Positions 14,401-29,253 are shown, counted from the stretch's first letter. The stretch is DNA of 64,000 nt from Chrysomallon squamiferum (GCA_012295275.1 CM022679.1:2852001-2916000), one strand, 5' to 3'. Notes: a model not told the origin generated them from the sequence alone. Numbers and translations: made by a program.

Positions 14401-15158
14401 CCTTAAGTTAAGAGGTCACAACATAATACAAACTAACCTGTATTAAGCAGCCACCTGTCTAGAAAGGACACCTTTCAATACTTCATTTGGTGGCTGATTA
14501 AAACAGATTTGCCTCTGAAGTGAAGTAAATAAACATTGACAAAAGATTTCTCATCATCTTTAAACATCAATTGCTTATCTGCTATTAATATTAAAATCTG
14601 TCTTTGCTTATTTAAACAAATATTTATTGCTTTATTTAATTTCATTGCATTAAAAGCATTATTATGGGTAATAATAACATTACTATTGTTTTAGGATACT
14701 GAACAGTACTTGAGCAATGAAAACAAGAAAGAACTGGAAGTTGTCAACGTCAGGTTAGAGAATATTAAACTGAAAAACAAACTCAAAAAGAAGGAACAAC
14801 AACTAAAATCAAAGGTTTGTATCCTATTATTTTTTATTTATTCATGATTTATTATTGTAATGATTCAGAAACATTTATGGTATTTTTAATTTTTTGGAGT
14901 AATTTTCAATTTATATACTTGTTTGTTCATTTATTATTTGTAAAATTTACTAAAATAGCACTAACATTTTGTTTTCCTCTTCCATCGAACAGTATGCAGC
15001 ATTTATAGACAGAATATAAGTATTTTTTGTATCAAAATATTGATTATAAGGCATTTCCTTATTTGTTTTTCAACAAATAAATAAATAAATAAGAAAATTA
15101 AAAAAATTTCTAGACATTCATTATAACATAAAATTACTTTTATGTCTATTTAATGTTT

Positions 15159-15194
<36 letters not shown>

Positions 15195-16395
15195 CAGGAA
15201 GAACTTGCAGAAGGTTTACACTTGATTGACTTTGAGCAGCTGAAGATAGAAAATCAAACTTACAATGAGAAGATTGAGGAACGAAATGAGGTACATTCTT
15301 TATTTAGCTTCTTAATCTGACAACAGGTGTCTGGATCAAATCCTGTTTCTACCTCTGATATCAGCACATTACATGACCGATTGATTTTTTGAGTATTTTT
15401 TGTGCTTTGAAAGATTTGTTTTTCTGTTGTTTTATTTTCAGAATTACTATTCTCTTTCTGAGCTAAAATGCCATCATTTTATTTTCAGTATTAATGCAGC
15501 TGCTGAGAAAAGCAAACATTTTAAATTTCGTTCAATAATTTTATATTTAAGTGCTGTCTTTGTGCAGCTGTTAACTGAATCTCCACTGAGAAGTTTTGAA
15601 CCAAGCATCTCCCATAACCATCGTTTTACATTTGCAAAAACAGTAAATAACTGAAAACAAATTTTATTAAATTATATTTAGTTATTTTATAGGAATGTTT
15701 GTAGAATATTATTACCAGTATCAGCACAGTCACATTAAGAATTTATAACCAAAATAATAATTAAGCACTGTTAGTAATAGAAGATGTTGTTGTAGGAGTT
15801 GCTGAAGCTACGCAAGAAGATAACGAGCACGGTGCAGGTGTTGACACACCTGAAGGAGAAGCTGCAGTTTGTTCAGGCTGAGAACCACGTACAGAGAGGA
15901 AATCTTCGAGAAGTGGAAGCCCTTGCAGCTCAGGTTTGTTTGTCTCTCAGTACTGATCTCAACATGTGAGTGTGGGTGTTTGGGTAAAGGGTCTGTATTT
16001 TGTATATTTGACTGCGAATTACCGAATGTTTAACTGGTTCTGGGCTGTGGATAAAATGACATTGATTCAATCTAGCATTCATTTGGTTGTTTTTTCATTC
16101 AAGTTTTCATTAATTTTTGCGTGTTTTTTTGTTGTTTTTTTGCTCACAGAAACGGGATATTTTATCAAGGACAAAACAAGCCAGGGATTCTCTCAGAATT
16201 GATAATCAACGTTTACGTCAGAACTGTGGTCTCCTTGGAAACGAGCCCCTGTTGAGAGATTTTGAAGAGCGCGTGGACGAGAGTGAAGAACTCAGAGATA
16301 AGCTGGAACGAATGAAAATGATTCATGCTGAAATGACCTTGACCTGTAACCAAGTGCGAAGAAAAATAGAACAGGCCAGATCAGGAAGAACATAG
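11412..16395 (+). CDS. CCDC96: Coiled-coil domain-containing protein 96 (CFAP184; DUF4201 family), 5' end in the assembly gap
   Basis: Exons ~11412-11659 and 12187-12318 (acidic, with apparent frameshifts), then clean phase-matched exons 12814-12947, 13407-13557, 13917-14110, 14695-14814, 15198-15290 (EELAEGLHLIDFEQLKIENQTYNEKIEERNE), 15796-15933 (ELLKLRKKITSTVQVLTHLKEKLQFV) and 16150-16395 (GLLGNEPLLRDFE..TAG). AATAAA at 16440. Confidence 0.92.
14435..14510. mobile_element. Short degenerate MITE-like palindrome in a CCDC96 intron
   Basis: AACCTGTATTAAGCAGCCACC ... GGTGGCTGATTAAAACAGATTT imperfect inverted repeat. Confidence 0.45.
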
Positions 16396-17680
16396 GTCCC
16401 TTTACTGTTTTCTTAAAAGAAGAAATATGTTGTGTTATCAATAAAATTAATGATTTCTCGTGTTTTATAAGTCTTATTTTTTTATTATTATTATTATTTT
16501 TTTATTTTATTTTTTTCACAAATTTTCATTATTTAAACCAAAATTTGGATTGCCTGTTGTATTCCTCTGAATATATTGTGGCCAAAATTTCAGAAGGACT
16601 GGACTGTTTATGTATTGTTTCTAAAGGTTATCAGTATCATGTCTTTTTATGTCTATTTTTGAATAAGATGGTGTACCTTCTTTGAAATATGAGGAGATTA
16701 TTATTATTACTTTTTTTATTATTTCTTTTTTTTTTTCCATTTTTTTTTTAATAATAAATTACACTCCATGTGGTGAGGGTATGCCACAGATAACTGTGTT
16801 AGTATTTTTTTATGTGTACTGGATTATTAAATATTCATGGATTATCTAATGGAATATTTGGCTGCTGTTGAATCAAACAAGGTTTTATACTGAACTCTTC
16901 CTTGAATATAAAAGGCAAGTATAATTTTATTACTGTTAATGAAATTAATTTTAATGTTTTACAATTTTTTTACAATAATTAATACATGTTTTACAATAAT
17001 TAATACATTTTTTATTGATCCTTTAAAATCACAATTAAATTATTTTTTATTGTTTTTAAAATATCACAAGCAATCTAGTTACAGTCATTTTTGAGGAAAG
17101 CAGGCAAAAAGTATCCAAATTCATCTTGTACCTTAATATTATTTTACAACAGGGCAAAAGAGACAGGTCAGTCCTGAACATACTTATTTTGTCTTTTTCA
17201 TTATTCATTTCACATTCCAACTACATACTGCAATAGGCAGCATGTTTACAAGTGTTCTAACCACAAAATGTGAATTTATTATAATTACCAGTATTAAAAT
17301 AAAGACAAGTTCAGAGTTTGTGTTATTTTATTATTTTCTTTTCCTAATTTTAGTGTCTGGTCTTATTAAGAAATATCAATAATGTCTAGTTCAGTATTGT
17401 CAAGAAATGGATAGTGAAATTATGAGATATATTTTTGAATTCTTTAACAATCTGTACATAATGATTTGGATGTAACAATGAATAACATGTCCTCACCATG
17501 GCACTGGGCAGTGACTAAAGTAGACAGCATTACAGGTTGTTTTATCAGTCATCATTAACACCTTCGTTAGGCTGTCTTCCCCATTTTTATGTTTTACTGT
17601 TCAAGGGAATGTGCATATAAATGTTTTCTTGCTGCTGTTTATTGTAACCGTTTATCTTTCTCATTATCTGAACTGACCTT

Positions 17681-17815
17681 AAATCAATTAAATTAAATTA
17701 AATTAAATTAAATCAAATCAAATCAAATCAAATCAAATCAAATCAAATCAAATCAAATCAAATCAAATCAAATCAAATCAAATCAAATCAAATCAAATCA
17801 AATCAAATCAAATCA
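17681..17815 (+). repeat. (AAATT)n/(AAATC)n pentanucleotide repeat
   Basis: Direct reading. Confidence 0.93.
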
Positions 17816-18052
17816 TGAAGCCATAGAGTGAAAATGTATTGAAAAATATGTTTTAATGGTAAAATATTTTTTCAAGTACTGAACTGACCTTTGTGCTATG
17901 AGAAAATTAAATTTAAAACTGATTTTATGAATAAATTATAAGAAATAAGAAGATTTGAAATGTTTAGCCTAACACATTTTTTTAATGTATTGTGAGATAT
18001 TTTACAACATTATGTTCAATTTCCTGAGAACATGCATTTTTGTTTCTGTGTT

Positions 18053-18167
<115 letters not shown>

Positions 18168-19019
18168 AAGAAATTACCTTTTTTAAGAAATCAATAATAA
18201 ATTCAGCCTTTTATTAACAAGAATAAAGCATGATACATTACACTTAAAAAAAAAAAAATCAATTTCAGACAGTTATACCATTTGTTCTAGTTTTTTGTTT
18301 TCTTTTAAATTTTAATGATTATTAAAGCATTTTAAAGATATATTTGTCAACAACAAAGTTGTACAGAAAATGTGGAACAGAGATAATGGTAATGCACAAA
18401 ACTATATTTAAGGAATTGAGATTTTATTAATAAAGAAATAATAGTAGGACAGATTCACTTTAATAAATGATAAAAGTAAAAAGAAATTTGAGACAAATAA
18501 GAATTGAAAACTAAAAGAAAATGAATGTATAACTTAATAATTCTGATTTTGAATAAAGTAGTCATGGAATAACATTAAACAAATATTTTAAAAATAAGAA
18601 AATGAAGTGAATGTGATAATGCAATTTAAAAAAAAAAGAAAAAAAAGAAGTCAAAATGATAAACATGTCAGAAATTAATTTTCTTTTACTTGTAGTATGA
18701 AAACTAAAGAGTTTTCAAATTTTAAATGTATAAGTATTTCTATTTATTGATAACAGTCCCAGGAAACATATGAACTAATGAGAAATCTTGCCTTCTGAAA
18801 TCATTATGTTAAAGATATATATCCATATTTATTATTATTTTTAATTTTTTAAATCACCTACAAACTATGTGGGTTTTTCGTTGTTGTTGTTGTGTTCTGC
18901 TTCTTCTTCTTTTTATTTATTTTTTTTTAAATTTTTTTATAATGTTTAATAAGATAGTGAGACTGATAATTAATATAAGTCTATCATAAAAACACAATAA
19001 AAAAGTTCAGTTAACCATT

Positions 19020-22000
19020 TTATGGTAACTGGCTGTAGGAACACACGCGATCACTATTTAGTTCACAGAAAGCTTCCTGTGCATTGTTGTTCTGTGAATT
19101 ATTCTGTTCTCTATTTTCCTCCCATAGATTTTCCTCCTCAGGCTTTTGGTAATAGTTCTCTAATTTTGGAGAAAAAATATTAAATAAATAAAAAGTAATA
19201 ATAATTAAAAAAAAAAAAATACAAAAAAAATACAAAAAAAAAAATTATTTAACAAAAATAATGTAATGTAGTGTAATATTAACAAAAATAAAAATAAATA
19301 TTAGATATATAAACAAATAAATATTAAATAAATAAAAATAATAAATAAATATTAAGTAAATAAAATATCACATTTTATACAGTTCTCCAATGATAATTTG
19401 GTTAAAAATATCCACCACTAAAATAACTGGAAATCACTATTACAGTTCTAACATCAGTATATATTTTTTGGCCCCAAAAAACAGTTATGAATTTAACATA
19501 AGGACTTGAAAGAGATTAGTAAAATAACATTAATAAACAAATAAATAAATAAATTCCTTTAAAAAAAATTACCATTAAACAAATTACCTTTAAAAAAATA
19601 TAAATAACAATAAAATTCTTGCCACATTTTGTAATTGCCAAAAATTATTTATAGGACATTTCTGTTTTTCTTCCACATTTATCCCCAGACCTTGCTTTTA
19701 TTATTGTTGTTGTTGTTGTTGCTATTATTACTGCTGTTGCTGTTGTTGTTATTGGTTATTGAAGAGGTGGTTGAGATTATGTAATTTATCTGGTGATGTT
19801 TAATATATACATAAAATGTAAAGAAGCTGTTTATGACAAATTTTCTTACCTGTCAGATTTATCGTTTCTCTTTTATCACACAGAACCAGTATTTTATTTT
19901 GCATCAAAAAAGCGAAAACAGCTGTTATGATCAAACCTAATATTAATAATGCTGTGAGTACAGCCCCGATTGGGAAACTTGGACTGTGTTCTGTGTTTTT
20001 TGAAGTGTTTTGGGGGACAACAGCTTTTTCTATTGTTTTATAATGTACCTGGTCTTTATTTGTCTTGTTTTGTGAATAGTATTCATCTGGAAGAGAAATG
20101 TAGAACTTAAAAGTGTCAAAATCACAAAATATTTAAATAACAGGAATAATAACGTGAATATGTAAATTATGATCATTAGGAATGTGATAATTTATTGTGA
20201 ATTAAAATTAATTAAATAATAAAATTAATGTTTCAGAGCTTTACAATGAATTAGACAAATTTTGTGGTTGAAAAAAAAAATGAAAAGGCAATATTATTAT
20301 ATAAAAAAAATTGAAAGTCTTAAATCATTTAAAATAAAACAGAATAATTAATAGCAGTAGCTGAAGAATTCAAGATTTTATAGTTGACTGAGGAAATAGT
20401 TAAAAATACTTTATTGCAAAAGTAAAAACACATTTTGCAACAATAATGTTTTTTTATAATCTCATCAAATTGACATGCTCTTTGAAAACAGTATATCAGT
20501 TTATGTACATAACATATTTTTTCCCTAATATTTAATTCAGTGAAAATAATAATAAATAAATCATGGCCTAAACTGCAAATACTTTCAGGCTGAAATATGA
20601 AAATTATTTGTTCATGTATACCTGGACATTTTGTTTTGCACTCTTCAGTGGATCCAGTAATATTATGTTCATAACACAGAACGGAACATGGCTGACATTT
20701 CCCTTTTGTTCCAATATGTCGATCAAAATAGAAACCTTTGGCACATTCATTTTCATTCTTACTGACATCATTCTTCTCTTGAAAACCTGGTATATGATGA
20801 ATGTAATTATAATATTAGTGTAACTACTCTTCATCTTATATACATGTTCACCATCAATTTACTAATCACAGATGGTCCAAAATCTCTTTTAGACTATAAA
20901 GATATAAGATGAGGTATCTGAAATTTTTAATTTTTAATATTTTTTAAATTAATAATCTGATTGCACTGATGCAGACAGGATTATAAATGTAAACCACAAT
21001 TTTATATGGATATATTTAATCATTTAATTGACATTTAATTTAAGTTCCTAGCACTTTATGGGAAATATGTATTTAGGTGCTCAGAGGTGTGTAGTTAAAT
21101 TACTATTATGTGAAATTACTATTATGTGAGCATAACAGTCTGAAAAAACTAATAATATGGAAAGGTTATGGAACCAAGGGTTCTGGAAATTTGGTGTTGT
21201 TCCTCTAATAATAATAGAAGTTGGTAGAAGTTAAGCAAATTGTTTTGTGAATAAAGATACTCTTATTAATTAGCAGCGACATATGTTTTATGTATATATA
21301 TTTTTGTCTTTTGTATAACCATTAATGAAGAGGATATAACAAAGAGTGGGTATTTAAGAATATCTGATCCTGTAACACATCAAGCAAGAAATTCAGCTAT
21401 TCCTAGACAAGGCCAAAATATCAAAATCATTTGGGATGTTTTTAAGTTAAACTACTCTAAACAAATAATTAAAATTCTGACCTAACTCCAACCACTTTAA
21501 CAAATCAGTCTAAAACATAACAATTGTTTGTTTGTATCTCACCTTTACATTTAAGTTTGCACTCCTTGGTAGTGCCTCGTTGATTGTGATCATAGCATAA
21601 TTTAGAACACAGCTCACATTTGCCTCTTAATCCGATATGAGGATCCAAATAATATCCATCTGGACACTGTATTTCACTCTTTGAAACACCTAGTGGTCCC
21701 CCTTCTTTGTTTGTTTTCAAGTATTTAGCTGAGAAAATATTTTGTAAATATAGTTCAGTGCAGTTATTTATAAAATACAAAATAATATTGTAATAATATA
21801 GCAGTAATAGTAGTTAATAGTAGCAGTAGTAGTAGTAGTAGTAACTGTAACACTAATAATACTTTAATAGCCAGAAAGTTTGCTTGTTCAAGGCTTTTTA
21901 AATAAATAAAGAAAAAAAAAAAATGAAAAAAGAAAAATTTAAAAATAATCTACAGAACTACAGTTTAAAATAATAAATTTACATGGACACTGAATCCTTT

Positions 22001-23037
22001 TCATTTCCCAGTATTAAATATTTTATTTTACTGTTTTGAATTTAATGTGTGGGTGTGGCTGTGGGTGGGGGGTTTTGTGGGGTTTTTTTTAACATATAAT
22101 AATAAAATTAATTAATTAAAGTTAAATCAAATCAAATCAAATCAAATTACCAACCTGAACAAAGTGTTTTACAGTCATTTTGTCTTTTGCGATTGCTGCA
22201 CAATGTATCGCTAAAACATAACAATTGTTTGTTTGTATCTCACCTTTACATTTAAGTTTGCACTCCTTGGTAGTGCCTCGTTGATTGTGATCATAGCATA
22301 ATTTAGAACACAGCTCACATTTGCCTCTTAATCCGATATGAGGATCCAAATAATATCCATCTGGACACTGTATTTCACTCTTTGAAACACCTAGTGGTCC
22401 CCCTTCTTTGTTTGTTTTCAAGTATTTAGCTGAGAAAATATTTTGTAAATATAGTTCAGTGCAGTTATTTATAAAATACAAAATAATATTGTAATAATAT
22501 AGCAGTAATAGTAGTTAATAGTAGCAGTAGTAGTAGTAGTAACTGTAACACTAATAATACTTTAATAGCCAGAAAGTTTCCTTGTTCAAGGCTTTTTAAA
22601 TAAATAAACAAAACAAAACAAAAAAAAAATGAAAAATTTAAAAATAATCTACAGAACTACAGTTTAAAATAATAAATTTACATGGACACTGAATCCTTTT
22701 CATTTCCCAGTATTAAATATTTTATTTTACTGTTTTGAATTTAATGTGTGGGTGTGGGTGTGGGTGTGGGGTTTTGTGGGGTTTTTTTTAACATATAATA
22801 ATAAAATTAATTAATTAAAGTTAAATCAAATCAAATCAAATCAAATTACCAACCTGAACAAACTGTTTTACAGTCATTTTGTCTTTCTCCATTGCTGCAC
22901 AATTTATCGCAATTTTCACATTTACCGGTATCAGAATCAAAGATGAAACCTTTATCACAGATTCGGGTTGAAATTGGACGAGCCAAAGTAACTTGGATAA
23001 GAAACAAAATTACTAATATACATCCACATATATTCAT
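19020..23037 (-). CDS. TNFR-like type I membrane protein with four BCMA/TACI-like cysteine-rich domains (gene A, ~365 aa)
   Basis: Exons 23037-22854 (signal peptide + CRD1), 22429-22244 and 21728-21543 (identical CRD exons), 20786-20622 (CAKGFYFDRHIGTKGKCQPCSVLC..C...C), 20086-19850 (stalk + TM IGAVLTALLILGLIITAVFAFLM) and 19159-19020 (tail containing PEEE). All junctions are phase 1, GT-AG. Confidence 0.78.
21510..22911. repeat. ~700-bp tandem duplication inside gene A
   Basis: 21510-22210 is nearly identical to 22211-22911. Confidence 0.92.
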
Positions 23038-25344
23038 TTCTTAACAGTATGACATCGTTCTCTCATGACTATTTCGTAATATTTTTATTAGGTCTTTTTA
23101 AGATTCACTGAATAAATAGACTCGTAGTCACACGTTAGCGGCTTTACTGACACGTTTATGACCCTGAGTCACTTCTAAAAATAGCTAACTGCGTCGTTGA
23201 AATAGCTAATTGTTATCTTCAATTTTATAATATTTTTCAAAAAGTAACTTTTATTTAGGTACTCTTTGTATATATATGATTTCAGAATGTACAATTAAAA
23301 TGATGCATGCACAGTGGTTATTATCACAGTACACTGGATATAAATTTATATTTTAATAAATATATACTTATTTAATCGTAGCGTGTGTTATATGCTATTT
23401 ATAGTTTGGGTAATTCCAGTCGGATTTTATTTTTGTTAGGGGAATAACCTGAATGGAAAGCATTTTCTCGTCTGTAAGTCACAGTGTCAAACCAGAAAAT
23501 AATAATAACAATAATAATAAAATAAATAAATAAATAAATAAATAAATAAAATAAAAAGGTAGGTGCAACTGTACTATATATATTTCCTGCATATTTCAAT
23601 AAATATTATTTATTTATTTACGTGTTTGTTATCAATCGAATTGCACGAAAATTTATAAGCAGCTAGACTTTATTAAACAAGATTTAACAAGTAACACACA
23701 AAATAACAGTAACAATAAATAAATAAATAAATAAATTAATGATATCAAAAACAAAATAATAGCTGACAGAGGTTTACTAATAGAGCAAGATATTATTTGT
23801 TCTCTTTAGCATTGTCGTAGGACGTTAGATAAAAGTTATATTAAACAAACCAGTTAACCATAAGAAGATATAATACATAGATACACCACAAAAAATAAAA
23901 AAAAAATAAAAAAATAATAAAAAAATAAAATAAAATAAAATAAATAAATAAAATTAAAAAATACCAATAAAAACATACTAATAATAAAAATAAAATTTCA
24001 AAAATCAGTATGTAAATATGATAAAGATAAATAAATAAATAAATAAATAAATAAATATCGATGAACCCTTTCTTTGTCATACTTTGGTCCTCAGCATAAG
24101 AATACTGTGAGGCTATACAAACAAGCAAACAAACAAACAAACAAACAAACAAACAAACAAGTAACTGATAATGTTTACTGAAAACTTAGTCAGACGCCAG
24201 AGATTGTTTCTGAGGAAAATTTCTTCTCCAGTCAATTAAACGTAGAAACGGAAGGAAATGCTTAAGGTGTTAATAATGTTTTATTTATAGAACACACGTC
24301 ACGTATGTACCACATGAATGGGAAACCCTGTGACGTTTAATATTATAAATAGATCAAAAGCCTTGGTGGGCGGTGAAATGCTGCAGTGTGGAAAATATAC
24401 ATATTAAATAAGCATAATGAATGAACAGTTTAATTTTTTTTCTTCTTCTTCTTTACATTAACTGCTGTTAGGTGTTAACAATAATACTAACAAAAAGATT
24501 ATCAGTAATTAACAATAATTTAATACAAATAAAAGCGACAGTAATCAATACACAAACAAATAAATAAAAAATAAATAATGTTGTTGACACCTTCAAGCAA
24601 GTTCATTTCGTCGCCTCGCCTAACTTTGACAATTTGAAAAAAAAAAAAAAAAAAAAAATCATTTCCTTAAACAAAGCAAAATGTATTTTTATTATTTAAA
24701 AAAAATAATAAAAATAAAAATAATAATATAATTATTTGTAACACCTGTTAATGCTATGTATACTCTCTCAATCTCGATATAAATAAAAATTGTACTTGTT
24801 CCAAAAAAAAAGAGAAAAAAAAAAGAAGAAGAAATTCTCCCTTTTAGTATGTTTAATTATTTCGAATGTAACGATATCTCGAACTTGATTCCAAGACCCC
24901 GAAATTTCGAGACTGAGACAGTTTACTTTATGCATGTATCTGTGTTTTTCTTGAATGTATGAATGTGTATGTATGTATGTATGTATGTATGTATGTTTAT
25001 ATATTTGTATGTATTTATTGTATGTATGTTTGTTTGTGTGTATGTCTGTGTGTATGTATTATGTGTGTATGCATGTATGTATGTATATATGTATGTAACA
25101 CTTTCATTGAATAAAACATAAAAAGATAATAACACTTTCATCGCAAATAATAATAAATAAATATATCACAAAAACCTTCCCACGAAATAATATATAAGGT
25201 ACAGACAGGTAAATAAATAAATACATAGAAATTTGCATTCCTTTTGCCAACATGCAACTATTAGGTAAATACATATACAAGAAAATAAATAAATAAATAC
25301 AGAGTTCATTGAAAACCTCTATAACTTCACGTTATATGCTTATT

Positions 25345-25647
25345 TTATATAATTGTATTTGTCAGACATGTGAAACGTTTTTCTGACGGTATCAGACACG
25401 ACGGTTTTGATAAATCGTTATAAACAGACTTTTTGCGATTTTTTAGTCGCTTGCAGATCACGTATGACAAGAAAGATATTAAAAGTAGAACCAGCGTTGT
25501 AGCAAGGGCGATAACCAACGTCATATTATAATCTGACGGATAAGTCGATAGGCATTTGTTGTCATGGAGTCCGGCCGATGTGTCGGAGTAATCTGAAAAT
25601 GGAAAAAAAATAAAAATAAAAAAAATAAATAAATAAATAAATAAACG

Positions 25648-25709
<62 letters not shown>

Positions 25710-26724
25710 TAAGTTATGTATATATTCAGCCACACACATACATACACAAAATATTTTCGACTATACATGATACAGACCAGGGGTGCCCAATACGTCATAG
25801 ACAGTGTGAGTAGATCGCATAACAACAAAAAATAGCCTATCAACCATCCTGCAAGTGCAAGTGCAAGTGCAAGTCATCAGAGTAAGGTGATGGCCAAAAA
25901 TGTACATACAGGTTCATTCTGTTATGCAAGGTACACCAACATATATTGCAAATATAAGGTATACTTATAATAAATAAATAAAATAAATAAATAAATAAAT
26001 GTTTTGCGTTTTCACTGTAGGTAGATCATTTTGACTTGGTCATTTAAAAAGTGTGAGCACCTCTGATATAGACAAACGTAGATTACTTTTTAAAAATAGT
26101 GAAAAAAAAAAAAAAAAGAAGAAGAGAAAAGGATCACTAAATAACTTTGAAGATAAAATGTATGATTTAATATTTTTCAGAATGAATGACAGATAAACTA
26201 AAAATTTAACAGCAATATCCACAGACATACAAACAAAAACTCTACAGCCACTTACATATTTGGGGCCCTGGTGCGTGATCGGTTATGGGGGGCCTTTCGC
26301 TGTTTCGGTAAACATAGTTACCTTCTTCTTAGGCTTGCTCCATAAAAGATTTTTAAAATTTAGCCACATGACAGATTTTAATTAAAATTTTTAAGACAGG
26401 TGGACTGAAGTTGATATTGGGGCCCCTTTGGGTTTAGAAGACCCTGAAGTTTAAGCTCTGTCAGTTTCACAATAGACCCCTGCACACGGTCGCACTTATA
26501 CAAAGAAGCGCGCGCGCGCTCGCGCATGCTAGTAAGAAAGAAACAAACTTACGTGGACAGCGTTCCTGACATTGTTTCGTCGTCTTTTGGATGTCGGCTG
26601 CGTAACAAATTAAATGGCATGGATCACATCGCTCTGTCACGGAATCATAGTACGTTCCTTCTGCACATTCTTCACTGTCAGTGACAGAAGATATAATAAG
26701 AATGACAATAATTTCAGTAAGCAT
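25345..26724 (-). CDS. Single-CRD TNFR-like membrane protein (gene B, ~139 aa, 2 exons)
   Basis: Exon 26724-26553 MLTEIIVILIISSVTDSEECAEGTYYDSVTERCDPCHLICYAADIQKTTKQCQERCP. Exon 25592-25345 has TM LVIALATTLVLLLISFLSYVIC, a basic stop-transfer KRLKNRKK and a tail with PSEKRF. Phase-1 GTAAG/CAG intron. Confidence 0.8.
25778..26065. mobile_element. hAT-like MITE in the gene B intron
   Basis: TIRs CAGGGGTGCCCA / TGAGCACCTCTG, with 8-bp TSD ATACAGAC / ATATAGAC (7 of 8 match). Confidence 0.75.
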
Positions 26725-27454
26725 CACGTACAATTTTCCCGTCTGTTACCACAGTCGCATATGTTTTTCTATAAATATATTTCAATGTGTTTATTATTAT
26801 TATTTCTGAATTGCAAAATGTGTTTGCTGTTATTCAGAGTAGACAGCGTTTATGTTCAGATTTCGTTTTTGCTGAAGGCAAGTAAAAGAACTAACTCCTC
26901 CAAATGCTTAAATTTATATAGAAATATATAAGAAAAAAGAAAAAAAAAAAGGTTTATTTTTAAACACACGTAAAATCACATCACATTAACGGAAAAACCC
27001 ATTACTTAGTGACGTGTCCGATTTTTATAGTCAGTAATAATAATAATAATAATAAAACAAAAAAATAAAAATAAAATAAAATAAAAATAAAAAATAAAAA
27101 AGCTTTTTTTTTTTTTTTTTGTAGCTTACAGAAATACAGAAATATACTACTCAGTTAGTGGTGATCACTGTATAATGTACATTAACATTACTGCTTGAAT
27201 CTGAATATTTCTCAACTCACAGTCATTCTGTATATCATCTGTCAAAAGTCATTTACATTGTGTCCATTTTCGTTTATTTTGTTTTATTTGATCATACTTA
27301 TTTTATCATTATCATCATTATCCTCTTGTTGTTATTTTTGTTTTTCTAAAACATCGCTTTGACCAAACAAGAAAGAACAAAACGAAACACTGTATATTAA
27401 TCCTGCAATTATCAAATTTAATCAATGGCTATATGACGTCATGACAACGTAAGA

Positions 27455-27595
27455 AGGAACCTGCTGCACTGCTTGACTGGGCTACTCTTTTTTGACCAGC
27501 AATAAAGTATTTTGTTTATACGTACCTTCCCACGGATGAGAAAATACATACTAATGCCTTTGATGAGCTAACTGTGGAGTACATGTTGGAATGTT
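27455..27595 (+). mobile_element. Degenerate interspersed repeat (SINE-like)
   Basis: GCTACTCTTT..CAGCA..CTTCCCAC..CATAC..GCCTTTG..GTGGAG resembles, from memory only, an abundant gastropod interspersed repeat. A related fragment lies near 21256-21290. Confidence 0.3.
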
Positions 27596-27831
27596 TGAAG
27601 AGAACTGATTCTGCCATCCATTAACTTTAAAGACCGCTAAGTCCCTCCTCTTGAAGGCCAAAGCACGTCCGTTATGGCCACACACCGCTGTGTTTGACGT
27701 AACTGCAGGTATGAAAAATAGCAAGCCAAATGGCGAATTAGTGCAGAATCTGTTATAATAGTTTTATTTTTATAATACAGTGAGAGACAGAGTTGGTTCT
27801 GAGATTTACATTTACATGGACTATTAGAACA

Positions 27832-27894
<63 letters not shown>

Positions 27895-29212
27895 CTAAAT
27901 AAATAAATAAATAACTAATAGTAATAATAGCGATGATGATAATATTAATAATAGTAGGAGTAGTAGTAATAACTAAATAAATAAAAATAATAATAATAAT
28001 AATGATGATGATAATATTAATAATAGTAGTAGTAGTAATAACTAGAATAAAATAAACAATAAATAACCATATTAGAATTAACTAACGACTATAATTATTT
28101 CCACCTTGGTTGACAAACCTGTTCTATTTATAAATGCATGTGACCATATCACATGCTTGGGAAAACCATTTTCCTAGTAACCGTAAACAAACCAGAAGAG
28201 ATGGACAGAAACAGATGCTGTGTTCTGTTGATCTTGTTTGGCAGGAGTTTTGATCGCCAATGGTGGGGTGGGGGTGGAGAACGATGTACATTTAATATTA
28301 CAATGAATAAATGAATTTTTGTTTAACAACAAACGGAGAGGTTCTGTACTGTAAGACTTAGTTAATGTATGTTGAACAGACCTCTTTGGAAAGGTGGCAG
28401 TTTTGAATGTGATAGGCGCGGGTTAAACAACAATCTGATACAAACATGCCAGAACTTACTCACAGGCATAATTAAGGGTTTTATAATAAAACGAAATTGG
28501 GAAAAAAAAATCCTTTTCCTAAGTTAGATGTTAGGTTCGTTCCAGTAATAGAGGGGTTTTGTGCTATCCCAGTATCATTTTACATTAAACTTTTCCCGTT
28601 TTCCGTAAAACATTCAACTTTTCCTGATTTCAAAATCCGACCTGGAGTGATTAGGTTCTTTAGCAGACGTCATGCTTCTGTACGATTTCAGAATATTCTG
28701 TACTGGTTGTGGGTTTATGTCAACCATCTTTCGATTTTTTTTTCTTCATATCACCTTTGCACCATTTATAATATCTTCCATATATTTTTAAACTATACTG
28801 TACTAAACAGAATGGAGGAATTCACCATTGATGTACATTATTAAGATTTGGATACAGTAAATACTGATATACATTTTCTTAAAAATAAACTCCAACTTGA
28901 TAATTTAGCTTTAATTTGTATAACTCTTACATATTACAGAATATAAAAATACAACTAGTGAAAATACGACAGTCCATCTCGCACTAAAGAGAGCACAATA
29001 CATTTCTAATTTAAAGACGAAATATGAAGTCTTAGCGTTGAGAATGCTAATATGGCGGAGACGAGACAGACCAAGAAACTGCGAGATGAGATGCTTGACG
29101 ATGAAACACCGTGCTGCCTTTTCCATGATCGAAGTTCTCAGCTTACAACTATTATTATTATTATTATTATTATTATTAAATCTGAGAGATAATAAATATT
29201 ATGAATTTCTGT

Positions 29213-29253
<41 letters not shown>

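Noticed and set aside
19690-19790. Asn/Ser-rich possible extra exon in gene A
   Set aside because: It is open only in phase 0, incompatible with the flanking phase-1 junctions, and is mostly trinucleotide repeat.
22155-22211. Exon-1 stub as a new functional exon
   Set aside because: The preceding intron would be only about 32 nt and inclusion would shift the frame.
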